This document shows positions 9,080-19,789 of a stretch of DNA of 64,000 nt, one piece after another. How positions within the stretch are numbered: position 1 is the first letter of the stretch; the number at the start of each line of letters is the position of its first letter. The notes beneath the pieces are model-generated. The model had not been told where the DNA came from and did no database searches. It saw only the letters and a list, made by a program, of their open reading frames with translations. The stretch spans positions 1,612,001 to 1,676,000 of the forward strand of contig JANHCV010000008.1 of assembly GCA_025594325.1 (NCBI GenBank), given 5' to 3'. The DNA is from Blastocladiella emersonii ATCC 22665. Its lineage: Eukaryota > Fungi > Blastocladiomycota. The position numbers were made by a program, and so were the translations under genes.

Positions 9080-9535
9080 ATGGACTCGCACTTGATGGGA
9101 TTCTTCCTGAGCCATGTCACTGACATCCCCAACACTGTATTCGATCCAGAACTCGTTCTGCAGCTTGACAGCGAAGCCATCGCAACGATATCCCCAGGGA
9201 TGGCGGATGCCGCGTTTGAGAAGGTCCGCGCACTCGCTGCCCGCGTGGCGATCGTCGAACTCGCTTTGAATCGCAAGCTTTCCAAGTGCCCGCTCACTTC
9301 CTGGGGCGAAAACACACTCCTCGAGCTCGTGGGCAAGTTCAAGGTCCGGAAGCTGGACGTGGACATTGCAGGAACTCTTGCCAAGTTTTCCATTCCAGAG
9401 TGCGAGGGGGAAAACATTCGCGCGGAATGGGAAGAAGTAAAGCTCGATGTGATGCTCAAGGCAATTGCAAAGGCATCTGTGCGCAAACTCGAAAAGAAAC
9501 AGAAGCCAGAAACGGCGGAAGATGACACAGAATAG
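9080..9535 (+). CDS. Hypothetical viral protein (about 151 aa)
   Basis: ATG at 9080, divergent from the recombinase. Helical, with a charged C-terminus. Confidence 0.55.
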   Translation: MDSHLMGFFLSHVTDIPNTVFDPELVLQLDSEAIATISPGMADAAFEKVRALAARVAIVELALNRKLSKCPLTSWGENTLLELVGKFKVRKLDVDIAGTLAKFSIPECEGENIRAEWEEVKLDVMLKAIAKASVRKLEKKQKPETAEDDTE

Positions 9536-9654
9536 ACGTTCCAGCGATCCAAAAGACATATCGATAGCTATTTCTGAAGAGTTATCGATAAACGCGCCAG
9601 ACGCATAAAAGCAGCCGGTTTTTCCTCTTGTGGGACAGTAAGAACATCCCCAAA

Positions 9655-12021
9655 ATGTCTTCTGCCGCCTCAAAGATTACCGAGACTGTCAAGGACCTTT
9701 CAAAGATTCTTGACCCGCTCTATGCTGTCCGCCTCATGGCACCAGTGAATCCCAAGGCCGTGGAAGCTCTACACAGCAAGGCGATCCAGTGTTCGTGTGC
9801 CGACCCAAAGCAACAGGCCAAGGAAACGAAAATCGTCAACTCAATCCGTCGCAAGATGAATAAGCGCGGTGAAATCGAGACCATCTACAAGTTCTCAGAC
9901 ACGACAAACTCTGGTCGACTTACTACCACGCCTACTACTCCTGGGCTACAAAAGATTTGCGGCGAAACGCGTGCGTTCCTGTTCGAGGGCGTGCTCCAAG
10001 ATATCGACATGCACAACTGTGCGCCAACCATCATCTACCAACTGGCTCGTCACTACGGCCTTGAGTACCCGCTCTTGACAGAGTACATTCAGAATCGAAG
10101 CCTGGTACTGGATCGACTGGGGATGAGTAAGACCGATTTCTTCGCTGGCGCATTCCACAAAAAGTGCCCGTCGGAACTCCCTGCGGATTACAAGATGTTC
10201 CATGCGTTCCTGTACAACGTGGTGGTGCCCAAGTTCCAAGAGATGCATCTGGACGTGTGGGCCATGTCGTCGCCAAAGCATCCCAATCGCCAGGGCTCAT
10301 TCCTCTCGTTCGTCTATCAGTGCGTCGAGTGCAAGGTTCTGCTCCACGCCAAAGACTTTTGCGCCTCGCGTGACATCAAGGTCGCGGTTCTCATGTACGA
10401 CGGCATGATGGTCCGTGCCTCAGATCAGATCAACGAGCAGTTTATGGCCGACCTCGGTGCGTACACGCTCGAAAAGACGGGTTTTGATATCAAGTGGGCC
10501 GAGAAAACCATTGTCGCGCCCTGTGCCATTCCAGAGCCCGAGGAAGAGGAGGAGGAGAAGACGCCCGAGGAGGAAATCTCCGAGTTCATCATCCACGAGT
10601 TTGAGACCAAGGGCTACGCCAAAGACGGCGACACGATCTACGCTGCATCCGAGGCCAATCCATTCTACTACGAACCGCTGATGACAGTGGCAGAGTACAC
10701 GTCGTACCTGCTCGACGAAGTGTTCATTCAGTACTTTAACAAGAACGCGCACAAGTACGCTCGCGATGTTGCTGCTCGTCTCGGCCACGGTTCCAAGCAC
10801 ATCCGCCAGTACAAACCGAATCGCAGCCTGATCGCATTCAAAAACGGCGTTCTGTTCACGGGCACGAAGCGCAATCGCCAGTGGGGGCTTTACAGTTTCG
10901 AGGACATTGAGAACGACCGCGAGCGATTCGAACGCGAAGTTTGCGGCGGATGCCCTGTGGCATGGTCGTACATTGACAACGAATTCGACTTTAGCATTCC
11001 GCGCTCGGAATACGGCAACCTCGACCTCGGCCCGTACCGCGACGTTCTCGATCTACAGATGGGCGAGGACCCCGAGGCAATCAAACAGTACATCATGCTT
11101 GCGTTCGGCCGTTCATGCTTCCCTGTAGGCGAGCTCGACAACTGGCGTCTTTGCCTCATTACGTGGGGCGAGTCGGGTACAGGCAAGACTCTGACAATGG
11201 ATCTGCTCAAGGAAATCCACGGAATCCAGCGCATGAGTATCATGGAAAGCGGGGCGAAGATGACGCCGTACACAATCGGTTACGTGCGCGAAAAGCCATT
11301 CTGGATTCTCCAGGATGTGGGCAAGGACGTGATTGCCAAACTTGGTCAGTCGCTGTTCAAGAACGCATCTGAGGGCGGCGGTCTCATGGGCGGCATGAAG
11401 CATCGCGACGAAGACACCAAGCAGTTTACCACCCATATCATGATGACGCTCAACTACCTCGTACAGTTCCAGGAAGAAAGTGGCGAAACCTCTACTCGAA
11501 TGGTCATTGCCCATTTCAAGAACAAGCCGGCTCGCAAGGACGACAAGATTTTCAAGCGAATCGTGGACAAGTACCTGATCAACATTATCGTCACGGGTCT
11601 TTCGGCGTATCATTCGACTCTGGATCACCTTGACGCGAACCCAGAGCAGACCTTCCGCGATGATGTGCTGAGTCCATTCTTCAAGCAATCCAACGAACAG
11701 GCGCGTGTGCTTAATGACGTTTATGGCAAGGCGATCCTGGCACAGGACTCGGGGTTCGTGGTCACTCAAGACCCGGCCGACTACGTGGGACTGGACGAGA
11801 TTCAGAACGCGGGCAATGTCTCGATTTCCGCCAAGTGGAACGACGAGCTCATGGCAGCGATTGGACTGAAGGCCGATCGCATCAAGGTGTGTCGGAACTG
11901 TGGAAAGAAACACGTCAAGGGGTGCTGTGCAGACTACAGTCGTACGGCCCGCTCTTCAAAGCGAGTGGTGACTGGAATCCGCCGCGCCCGTTTCTCAGAT
12001 GGCACAGAGGACGACGACTGA
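9655..12021 (+). CDS. PolA-like primase-polymerase (TVpol) fused to D5-like superfamily 3 helicase, with a C-terminal Cys/His cluster
   Basis: SGRL...LQ...R...DIDMHNCAP (motif A-like) and LMYDGMMV (motif C-like). Helicase motifs IAFKNGVL, WGESGTGKT, ILQD and TLNY. Terminal CRNCGKKHVKGCC. Confidence 0.88.
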   Translation: MSSAASKITETVKDLSKILDPLYAVRLMAPVNPKAVEALHSKAIQCSCADPKQQAKETKIVNSIRRKMNKRGEIETIYKFSDTTNSGRLTTTPTTPGLQKICGETRAFLFEGVLQDIDMHNCAPTIIYQLARHYGLEYPLLTEYIQNRSLVLDRLGMSKTDFFAGAFHKKCPSELPADYKMFHAFLYNVVVPKFQEMHLDVWAMSSPKHPNRQGSFLSFVYQCVECKVLLHAKDFCASRDIKVAVLMYDGMMVRASDQINEQFMADLGAYTLEKTGFDIKWAEKTIVAPCAIPEPEEEEEEKTPEEEISEFIIHEFETKGYAKDGDTIYAASEANPFYYEPLMTVAEYTSYLLDEVFIQYFNKNAHKYARDVAARLGHGSKHIRQYKPNRSLIAFKNGVLFTGTKRNRQWGLYSFEDIENDRERFEREVCGGCPVAWSYIDNEFDFSIPRSEYGNLDLGPYRDVLDLQMGEDPEAIKQYIMLAFGRSCFPVGELDNWRLCLITWGESGTGKTLTMDLLKEIHGIQRMSIMESGAKMTPYTIGYVREKPFWILQDVGKDVIAKLGQSLFKNASEGGGLMGGMKHRDEDTKQFTTHIMMTLNYLVQFQEESGETSTRMVIAHFKNKPARKDDKIFKRIVDKYLINIIVTGLSAYHSTLDHLDANPEQTFRDDVLSPFFKQSNEQARVLNDVYGKAILAQDSGFVVTQDPADYVGLDEIQNAGNVSISAKWNDELMAAIGLKADRIKVCRNCGKKHVKGCCADYSRTARSSKRVVTGIRRARFSDGTEDDD

Positions 12022-12534
12022 ACCCACTACCAAATGGCCGCCTACTCTATCAACCTATTTTGTGTCTCTGTGTCTCTGTGTCTCAGCTATAATATTCTTT
12101 TCTATAAATTGAAGAAAAAAATAGTAACATACTAAGTATGTATGTTGTTTTCAGTTCAAAATACGATTTACAAGTGAAATCGCAGGGACACTGGGTCACT
12201 GGGACAAGACTCACCAACCCTCATCGATACTCTCACTGACTGACTCACCATTTCCTCACCGCGCCGACGGATTCATAGACCGTTTGCCAATATCGCCCAT
12301 GCCCGTCATGGATTTCAATTCATCGAATAATCGCAAAGTCATTTCGAGACGCGTCGCGGATCAGATGACCGTCACGTGGGCCGCGAGACACTTGGAGACG
12401 CGTCGACTTATCACGTGAGGACCCTCCGCCACTTCGTGGCTGCGGGCGCGCGCGCATCCCTGGGGATGTTTCTGACGGGCGTCCCCAGGGATAGACCTAA
12501 CCACATCTACCTCTATAGCCATTTAATCCTATCC

Positions 12535-12560
12535 TGAGGTATCCTTATAAGGATACCTCA
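12535..12560. repeat. Perfect 26-bp palindrome TGAGGTATCCTTATAAGGATACCTCA
   Basis: Read directly from the sequence; centred on TTATAA. Confidence 0.95.
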
Positions 12561-12587
12561 TGAGCAGAGGTTTGTCTCGCTGGACGC

Positions 12588-12803
12588 TGTTGCGTGTCGT
12601 TCATGTGGCCACGACCGCGGTGATCAATCATCTGATCTCGCGTGAGCCGCCCGCAATCCCTCGCTCCCGCGCCGCCGCACCCCGCTGCGGCGCGCCCTGC
12701 TTTGTTATCCATTCTCCCCTCTCCCCGTCTTGGGTTCGGGGCCGAAGGCAGGAATAGACATCCCTGACTACTCGTCTCCCGCCTCCTCCTGTCGGCATCA
12801 ACA
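12588..12803 (+). mobile_element. Solo LTR (family A, 216 bp)
   Basis: TGTTG...CAACA termini flanked by the 5-bp TSD GACGC on both sides. Homologous to 44364-44584. Confidence 0.85.
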
Positions 12804-13393
12804 GACGCATTACCGTTGAATCCCTGGGTTCGTCCTGCCGCGCACCACGTCAAGTGTAGACTCTCAGTATGTAGAAAGCGGCTCACGGTTACTGAAGTTG
12901 GCGTTTGAGACTGAGACCATCCTCTGGGGATGGGTGTGACAGAGTGTTTAGCTCTTACGACGTTGAATCTCCGACCTATATCTCAAAAGGCATTTAAATT
13001 CTAATTTATTGCCATGCTGCCGTGTTACATGGTCGCAAAGGAGAGGGGTGACGAGCGCGGCGAAACGACGCTGTTCACGTGCTTGCGTCCCTCACGTGGG
13101 CGTCACATGATAGTTTGTCGCGTCTTGCACACCATATGTCCGCCCAGCTGATTGAGCAGCTGAAACATAAAAGTCAATAAAAAAAAGATATGCTAAATTA
13201 GCGTTGAGCCGACGGCGCTATCGTTACACTCGCAACCCAGAACTCGAGCCGGGAAACAATTGACTGATTGAGAGTCGTCAGCTCAAATGACATTGACATG
13301 ATTTCCCTACCCGTCTTGTTCAGTTTTTCTCACGCTTGTTCCAATACGAATATTTATACACCCATTTTCACTTCCGATGAGACAGTCAGCGAC

Positions 13394-14125
13394 TAAACCC
13401 ATGAGTAAACCCTGACTAGACTCGGACCAAACCCGCATCAGACTCGGATCAGACCCTGACTAAACTTCAATTGAACTGCGACTAAACCTCGACTGAACCT
13501 TGACTAAACCTCAACAAAATCTTGATTAAACCGTGACTGAACCTCAACTAAACCTCGACTGAACTCAGACTGAACTCGGAGTAAACCGCGACCAAACCTT
13601 GACTGAACTGTGACCAAACCAAGACCAAACCTGAAGTAAACCGCGACCAGAACTCGACTAAACCTCGACTAAACCAACACCAAACCTGAAGTAAACCTCA
13701 AGCAAAACGCGAGCAGAACGCGAGCAGAACGCGACTGAACCGCGACTAAACCGCGACTGAACCGCGACTAAACCGCGACTAAACCGCGACTAAACCGCGA
13801 CTAAACCGCGACTAAACCGCGACTAAACCGCGACTGAACCTCGACTGAACCGCGACTAAACCGCGACTAAACCGCGACTAAACCGCGACTAAACCGCGAC
13901 TGAACCTCGACTGAACCTCGACTAAACCTCGACTGAACCTCGACTGAACCTCGACTAAACCTCGACTAAACCGTGACTAAACCTCGACTAAACCTCGACT
14001 AAACCGTGACTGAACCTCGACTAAACCTCGACTAAACCGTGACTGAACCGCGACTGAACAGCGACTGAACTCGGAGTAAACCGCGACTGAACGCGACTGA
14101 ACAGCGACTGAACCGCGACTGAACC
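13394..14125 (+). repeat. Left subterminal array of 11-bp units (ACCGCGACTAA / ACCTCGACTGA variants)
   Basis: Dozens of tandem units, degenerate near the TIR and homogeneous at about 13740-14040. Confidence 0.95.
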
Positions 14126-14599
14126 TGCAGCAGACCACAATCAAACCACGACCAGACGGCACATCGTGAACTCCATATTTTTCTCTTTCCTGCTTAATGA
14201 TCCTTGAGGTAATGGCTTGTAACCACCCACGGTTACACGATGCGAACATGAATTGCGTAACCATACGCGCGGGAACCCAAGCTCCCCACCGCTAGCGCTG
14301 CTCTCAGTTGCCACCACAGCTCCCGGCCATGTGGGGTTGCGCAAGAGTTTGCGGGCGATGTGAGGCGGAGTCAGGACTTGGAGCGCGCACAGACACGGGC
14401 AATGTGCAACGGCACTCCTTCCAAAGAGGTCGCGTTGGGGTCAGCGGAGCGGGACGCGATGCGCCTCAATGATGAATCACGTGCTTCTTCTGATAGGTAA
14501 TTCAATAGACCCATTCGAATAAAAGCGCTAGAATAATCATAGTACGCCGCCACGCGCGGCCACCGCCGCGCCCGTCCGGCGCTCGCGGCCCGAGCTCGT

Positions 14600-15460
14600 C
14601 CGCGGCCACCACCGCCGCCGCTACCACTCCTTGATGTTGAGCGACTTGATCTCGAACTTGACGCTGGCGACGGCTGTGGTCGCCGGCCGTCGCAGCAGAT
14701 CGAACTTGGACTTGTGCGCCGCCGACAGCCGTCGCCCTGGTGGTGAGGGACGCGGAGTCAGCAAAGCCGGGCGTGGGAGATGATCGTGCGTGAGAGACGT
14801 ACTGCGAGGTCATGGTCGCTCAGTCCCACTTGTCCGCGCACGACAGCGAGTCGAGGAACTTGTCGATCTTGGCGCCAGCGCCCGACAGCTTGATCTGCAG
14901 CGGGAGGTGCGTGTGCGTCAGCAAGGTGCTCAAGGTGCGCGTCCATTGCAGCAAACCAGGTCGGGAACGCACCGTGACCAAAGTTGCCCTCAATCGCGCG
15001 GTACTTGACCTTGATCGCCTTGGCGAGGCCGAGGAACAGCACGTCAGAGTCAATGGTCATGGTCGGGGCCGTGGTTGACGTTGCTCGAGGTCTTGACGGC
15101 CGTTGCAGACGCGTCCTTGATGACCATGGCGGTACAGTCGGTGATCGAGTCGAGCTTGGCCTCGCCGACGCCTTGGGCACGCGGACGACGGCGCCCACGA
15201 GTGCCGACACCCGCAGCAAGTGAGAAAGCGTACCGCATCGCCAGGGAGCTTGGCGGCCTTGATCACGTCGGCGAGGAACGCGGTTGCTACGCGGCCGAGG
15301 ACGCGTCAGAAAGCGGGTCACGTCGTAGCCGCGGTGATACACGCGCACACCTTGTCGAACGCGGCCGTGCACGCGCTTAGTGAGGCCCTTGTCGAACAAC
15401 TTGGTCGAAGCGGATGCTCGGCCTTGCGCGCGTCACTGAGGCGGTCGATCGCGTCAAACG
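14600..15460 (-). pseudogene. Degenerate multi-frame gene fragment of unknown family inside the CMC-like element
   Basis: Coding-like segments (KLDSITDCTAMVIKD, LFLGLAKAIKVKYRAIEGNFGH, QIKLSGAGAKIDKFLDSL) lie in different frames. Confidence 0.35.
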
Positions 15461-16329
15461 AGGCGCACTTGGTGTTTTCGAGGCGTTGGTCGACACAATC
15501 GCTCGGTGGGCGGAGATCTGGACGAGTGAGGTGACGAAGGGGACGGGTCAGCGTGGTTCGAACGACGTGTTCAAGGCGGCGAGTGATAAGGGGGTGATGG
15601 CAGGCGGAACCGAGCCAATCCGCCGCGGAGGACGATCGGCAGCGGTCCCGCGCGTGGCGAGGTTGACGAGTGTCGAGGGGAAGGGCGGAAGTGGGGCGGA
15701 TGAGTGGACGGAATACGCGCGCTCGCGGCGACTCAGCACGACGCGGATGCACCGCCGCAGCGGCGGCGTACGCCTCCTTGGTGGCCCCGGGCACGTCTCG
15801 GGGGTCGGTTCGTCGTCTTAGGCGAGCGTGGAGGGCGCGGACACGACTCTGGCATGGCGAGCGAGGCGGCGAAGGCGGCCTCACGACACGGGCGCCGCCG
15901 CGGCGCGGGCGACAGACAGACGAGAGCCGCATGCGATGCGGAGGGGGTGGATGCGTCGTGTTCATGGTGATAGAGGGGTGAGTTGAGTACTTGGCGGTTC
16001 GGCGGGAGCCGCAGCCATCCGCGGCGAACGCGCGCGCTCAAGAGCGATCGGCAAAAGTCGAACGCGTCACGTGGCGTGACCTTCGCGTCCTTCGCCTCCC
16101 TCACCGCTCGACGTACCATTCAAACCATCCACTGACTCTATGCAACCAACTCAAAGTGTCGAGCTCTACTTACACCGTCCCTGGAGATGTCGAATCCGTG
16201 TGATTGCCCTTAAAGGCTCCTGACCTCAATGTCGTCACCCGTCGAGCTCAAGATTTTCACGCGCCGGGAGTTCAACTGAACGTTGATCCGCGCATCAGCG
16301 CCGACTGGATGTTTGCCCTGATTCTCAGG

Positions 16330-17090
16330 CGTTGTTCGAGCATCCGCTTGAGCTCATGAACGACCGCATTCTGGGAGCAGCGCACAAGTGGGTTCCGGAC
16401 GCTCGGCGCAGCGAGAGGCCGACAACCCGCTGCTGGGTCCCGACGACGTCAAGGTACCCCGTGTGCGCGCGATCTGTATCGCAAGCACAAGAAACTGACG
16501 CTCTCGACCCGCGGCACGTGAAGTTCTCCATGTCCAAGGCGCGATCTCGTTCGAGGCCTTTTCGCTCGGCGGGTTCCGCAACAAGCAGCTCACGGGCAAG
16601 TGTCAGTTCCCAACCCACGGCAAGTCGCACACGGACTGGGTCATGGTACGCTGCTGGCTGTGCTCATACCCGAATCGTTCGGTCGCTAACATCTGCTATC
16701 TCGCGTACGGTAGTATCTCACGTCGGACAAGAAGTACCGCGTCGGGAAGCTGGCTGACGCGCTGCACTCCACGCACAACGGCACCGAGCACGACGTGGCC
16801 ATCGTCAAACAGATCCGCGTCCAGAACGACGCGCCGGGCAGCACCGCGACGTGCAAGGACTTTCCCGTGCAGGCGCTCGCCCTGCATCCCGTGGAACCGG
16901 GTATGGGCCTCGGTCGGTACCACGCCGTGAGTGTGACAGACTTCCAGACGTTCGTCCACGTCGTGCCCGACTCCAATTGGCCCGCGGCGCCGACGACCGC
17001 AGGCGCAGCCAACTTCAAGCTCGACGGCGAGTACCGGTGGCTGCTCTACCCGTTCAACTGCGCGGGGTCGGCCGCGCATCCCGTTGCCCA
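16330..17090 (+). pseudogene. Plavaka/EnSpm-like transposase C-terminal fragment with introns
   Basis: After removing GT-AG introns: GKCQFPTHGKSHTDWVM-YLTSDKKYRVGKL...VSVTDFQTFVHVVPD. This resembles the '..D.V.V...V.++' and 'V.+IP.F' tail of Plavaka-type transposases. Confidence 0.4.
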
Positions 17091-18269
17091 CTCGATGCAT
17101 TACTGTCCTTGGTCCCCTGCTTTGCGTGTGGCGGCGCGCTTTCGGGCGGCGCGGCGAGCTGAAAATGCCCACCCACGCTGAGGCGACGCGCGCGCACCGC
17201 CACCGCCACGGCCTTCCCGCTCGCCTGCGGCTTGGCTCCACTTCGACCTCCGACCTCCTCTGCCCGTCCTCTCTCCCGCATTCGAGCAGCGCCTGCTCCT
17301 GCTCCTGCTCAACCACCACTCTCGGCCGCCGTGTTGCAACCGCACCATTCACACCTCCAGCAACCCAACCCGCGCGCCGAGTCACCGCCGTCCTCGCCCT
17401 TCCTCCTCCCCCTCCTCTGCTGTTGGTCGCGCGTCGGCGCTGGAACGGCAGGCCACCCTCCGCCATGCCGACGTACGAACTTGACGACCTACCCGCTGCG
17501 GTGCTCGCCATGAACGTCTGGCGCTCGAAAAAGGCGCTTCGAGTCGGCCCCACTGGCTGCTTCAGCTGCGGCATCTGCCTCATGGGCGGCGAGGGGACTG
17601 CCGCGATCCTTTCTGCAGCGGTATGCTGCTTCCGCCGCCTGGGCAGAAGAGTACGTGCATCCAGCTTGGCCGCCGTCGCGCTGCAACTAACGCGCTTGCC
17701 CCTTGCTTCCGCGCGTAGCCATTGAATTTTGGCCCGGCACTACCAAGACGATGCCGGCCGGTGCTCGCGCTTTTCTCAAGTCGAAACCCAACGGTACCAC
17801 GCTGTTCAAGCACCTCAACACGGTGTTCGGCATCATTAGTCCAAGCAAGGTCGCCGTGAACATGTGCTCGACGTGCGACAAGGAGTACTCAGCTGCTTGG
17901 TACGCAGACTCGCTGGCGCACCACCCTGTCTTCGTGACAACTCACTCCCTCTCGTGCGCCGCGAGTCTAGTTTGCCCTCGGTTCCACTCGGCGCATCTAC
18001 GGCGCCCGCCCTCCATCACCCTGTCGACAACAACGACGGCGACTCGACGCTTTCGGAGCTGGAAAGCAACGCTGGCGCTGGCGCTGACCGTGGTGAGGAG
18101 GCGAGCGATGGAGATGATGACCACGACCACGACGAGTACGAGCAGCTTGACGAGCCCGCGCGCGCAAGCTCGAGTCGCCAGCCTGCTACTCGCCGTATTC
18201 CTGGTCCAACGTCGTCGCGCAAGCCGCCGGCCCTGCGGTCGCCTGCGTCAACCGCGTCTGCGTCAACGG

Positions 18270-18964
18270 CGCGGCGTGCGCGAGGAGGGGCCCCAACGTG
18301 GAAATGGCTGCAACGAGGTTGACACGCGTGCTCGTGGGCGCGCGCGGCTGCACAATGACGGCGGGGACCCCTGTCTCGCTCCACGCGAAGCGGTGGTTGG
18401 CCGCTGTCGGCTGGATGCCGCACTCGTCGCAGAAGACAAGCTGGTCGGCCCTGAAGCCAGCGGTTTCGACGTACTGGCGCCAGGCGGCGCGCGCCTCCTC
18501 GTTGTAGTTGGCGCCGCGCAACTTGACCACCGTCTTCGAGAAGCCAAGGCGGTCGAGAAGCCTCAAAAGCGTCGACACGGAGACCGACTTGATGCGCTCC
18601 GCGCGCAGCAGCTCGGAAATGTCGCGTAGGGTGAGCCACGGGGTGCTGGTGATGGAAACGCGCACAAACTAGATTGCAGGGGCAGGAGCGCGGGTTGAAG
18701 ATGAGCACCGTGCCCGACGCGGCGGATACCTTGTGGAGCGCGACGCACCTCATCGTCGTCGGCGTCGAGCTTGGTTTCGCGCGGCGGACGCGGGACGGGC
18801 TCAAACGCAGCGACTCCACCCGCCCTGTAAGCGACCACCCAGCGCGAAATCGTAGAGTGGCTGCAGAGAAGTTTGTTTCCGACCTCGCGCACCGACATTC
18901 CATTGTTCAAGACCATGTTACATGCCGCGAGTTGCAGGCGCAGCAGATGCTTGTTCTGAGACAT
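18270..18964 (-). pseudogene. IS630/Tc1-like transposase, 5' part only (HTH plus first catalytic Asp)
   Basis: MSQNK...GMSVREVGNKLLCSHSTISRWV HTH, an intron, then LVFCDECG...RVNLVAAIS. Breaks off at about 18270. Closely related to 63309-64000. Confidence 0.8.
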
Positions 18965-19789
18965 GGCAGGGAAGTCGGACAGAGCGAAGGGAGCGGCGGG
19001 TGGGACGGCCAAGCGAGCTGCTATTGAGATGGTTACGCCGATGCACGGAGTGAGCGGGCCGCGAGATGCGGTGTTTGGGAGCGACGCCGGGGTCGAGGTC
19101 GGCACGCCGTGTCCCGCGCGTGGCTCAAGTGCACGCGACCGAGCCGGCGGCTGAAACGAAACGAGCGCCGAGCCCCGCTCCCTGCCCCGCTCCTCCAAGC
19201 GACCGCGGACATCCATGAATACCTGTTCTCATGAATCTTATGCCCATGTGACTTGGTGCAATCTGTTTATGGGCCGTTGGCACAGACCTTTACGCCGCGG
19301 AGAGCGGTCCCACGCCCCGAACGCCCCTACCCGTCGCCACACTGTGGGGCAGCGTTGTTCGCGTGCACGTAGCGGGTAGAGTCACCGCCGCGGCAGCCCA
19401 AACGATGGCTTGAGAGGAAGGTCATAGTCTTGGGTTCTTGCCACAAGTGGTGCCCGACCCGGAGCACGACCACGACTCGCCTTTTGTCGCTGCCCTTGCA
19501 AGGAGCGGAGCTCGTGGCGCGCTGCCACGGTCCCCGTAGATCGCGCCCTCACGGCTTTTCAGTGAGCTTGGCCGATTCCGCGCAGTGAAATGGGCCAGGC
19601 AACTACTTTATGGGCACGCCGCTGAGCGCAGACTTGACTGCACCCTTGCACGTTTGGCCCGCTCATGGTCAGCTCAAACAATTCGTCTGAGGATACGTGA
19701 TGGACACTCGGGCGCGCTCTTACTGGGTTGCCAAGCATGCTGCCGAAGCCTTGCGCTCGAGTGGTCCATCGATATTCGCAGCGTGGCAA

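Larger units (their letters stand above)
1..12935. mobile_element. Endogenous Polinton-like virus (PLV), right-hand part; left end outside window, right boundary uncertain (about 12.5-13.3 kb)
   Basis: Compact, intronless cluster with penton-like protein, A32 ATPase, fibre-like protein, rve integrase, tyrosine recombinase and TVpol-SF3 helicase. Intergenic gaps are 1-120 bp. An element-specific dyad motif persists to about 12930. Confidence 0.9.

Noticed and set aside
1-12935. Classical Maverick/Polinton, or a bacterial prophage
   Set aside because: No protein-primed PolB is in view and replication is TVpol-SF3 type. The A32 ATPase, penton motif and Polinton-type integrase point to a eukaryotic PLV. 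The left part is unseen, so this is provisional.
13394-14125. CRISPR-like array
   Set aside because: The units are contiguous 11-bp repeats with no unique spacers and no cas genes, and they are mirrored at the other end of a TIR element.
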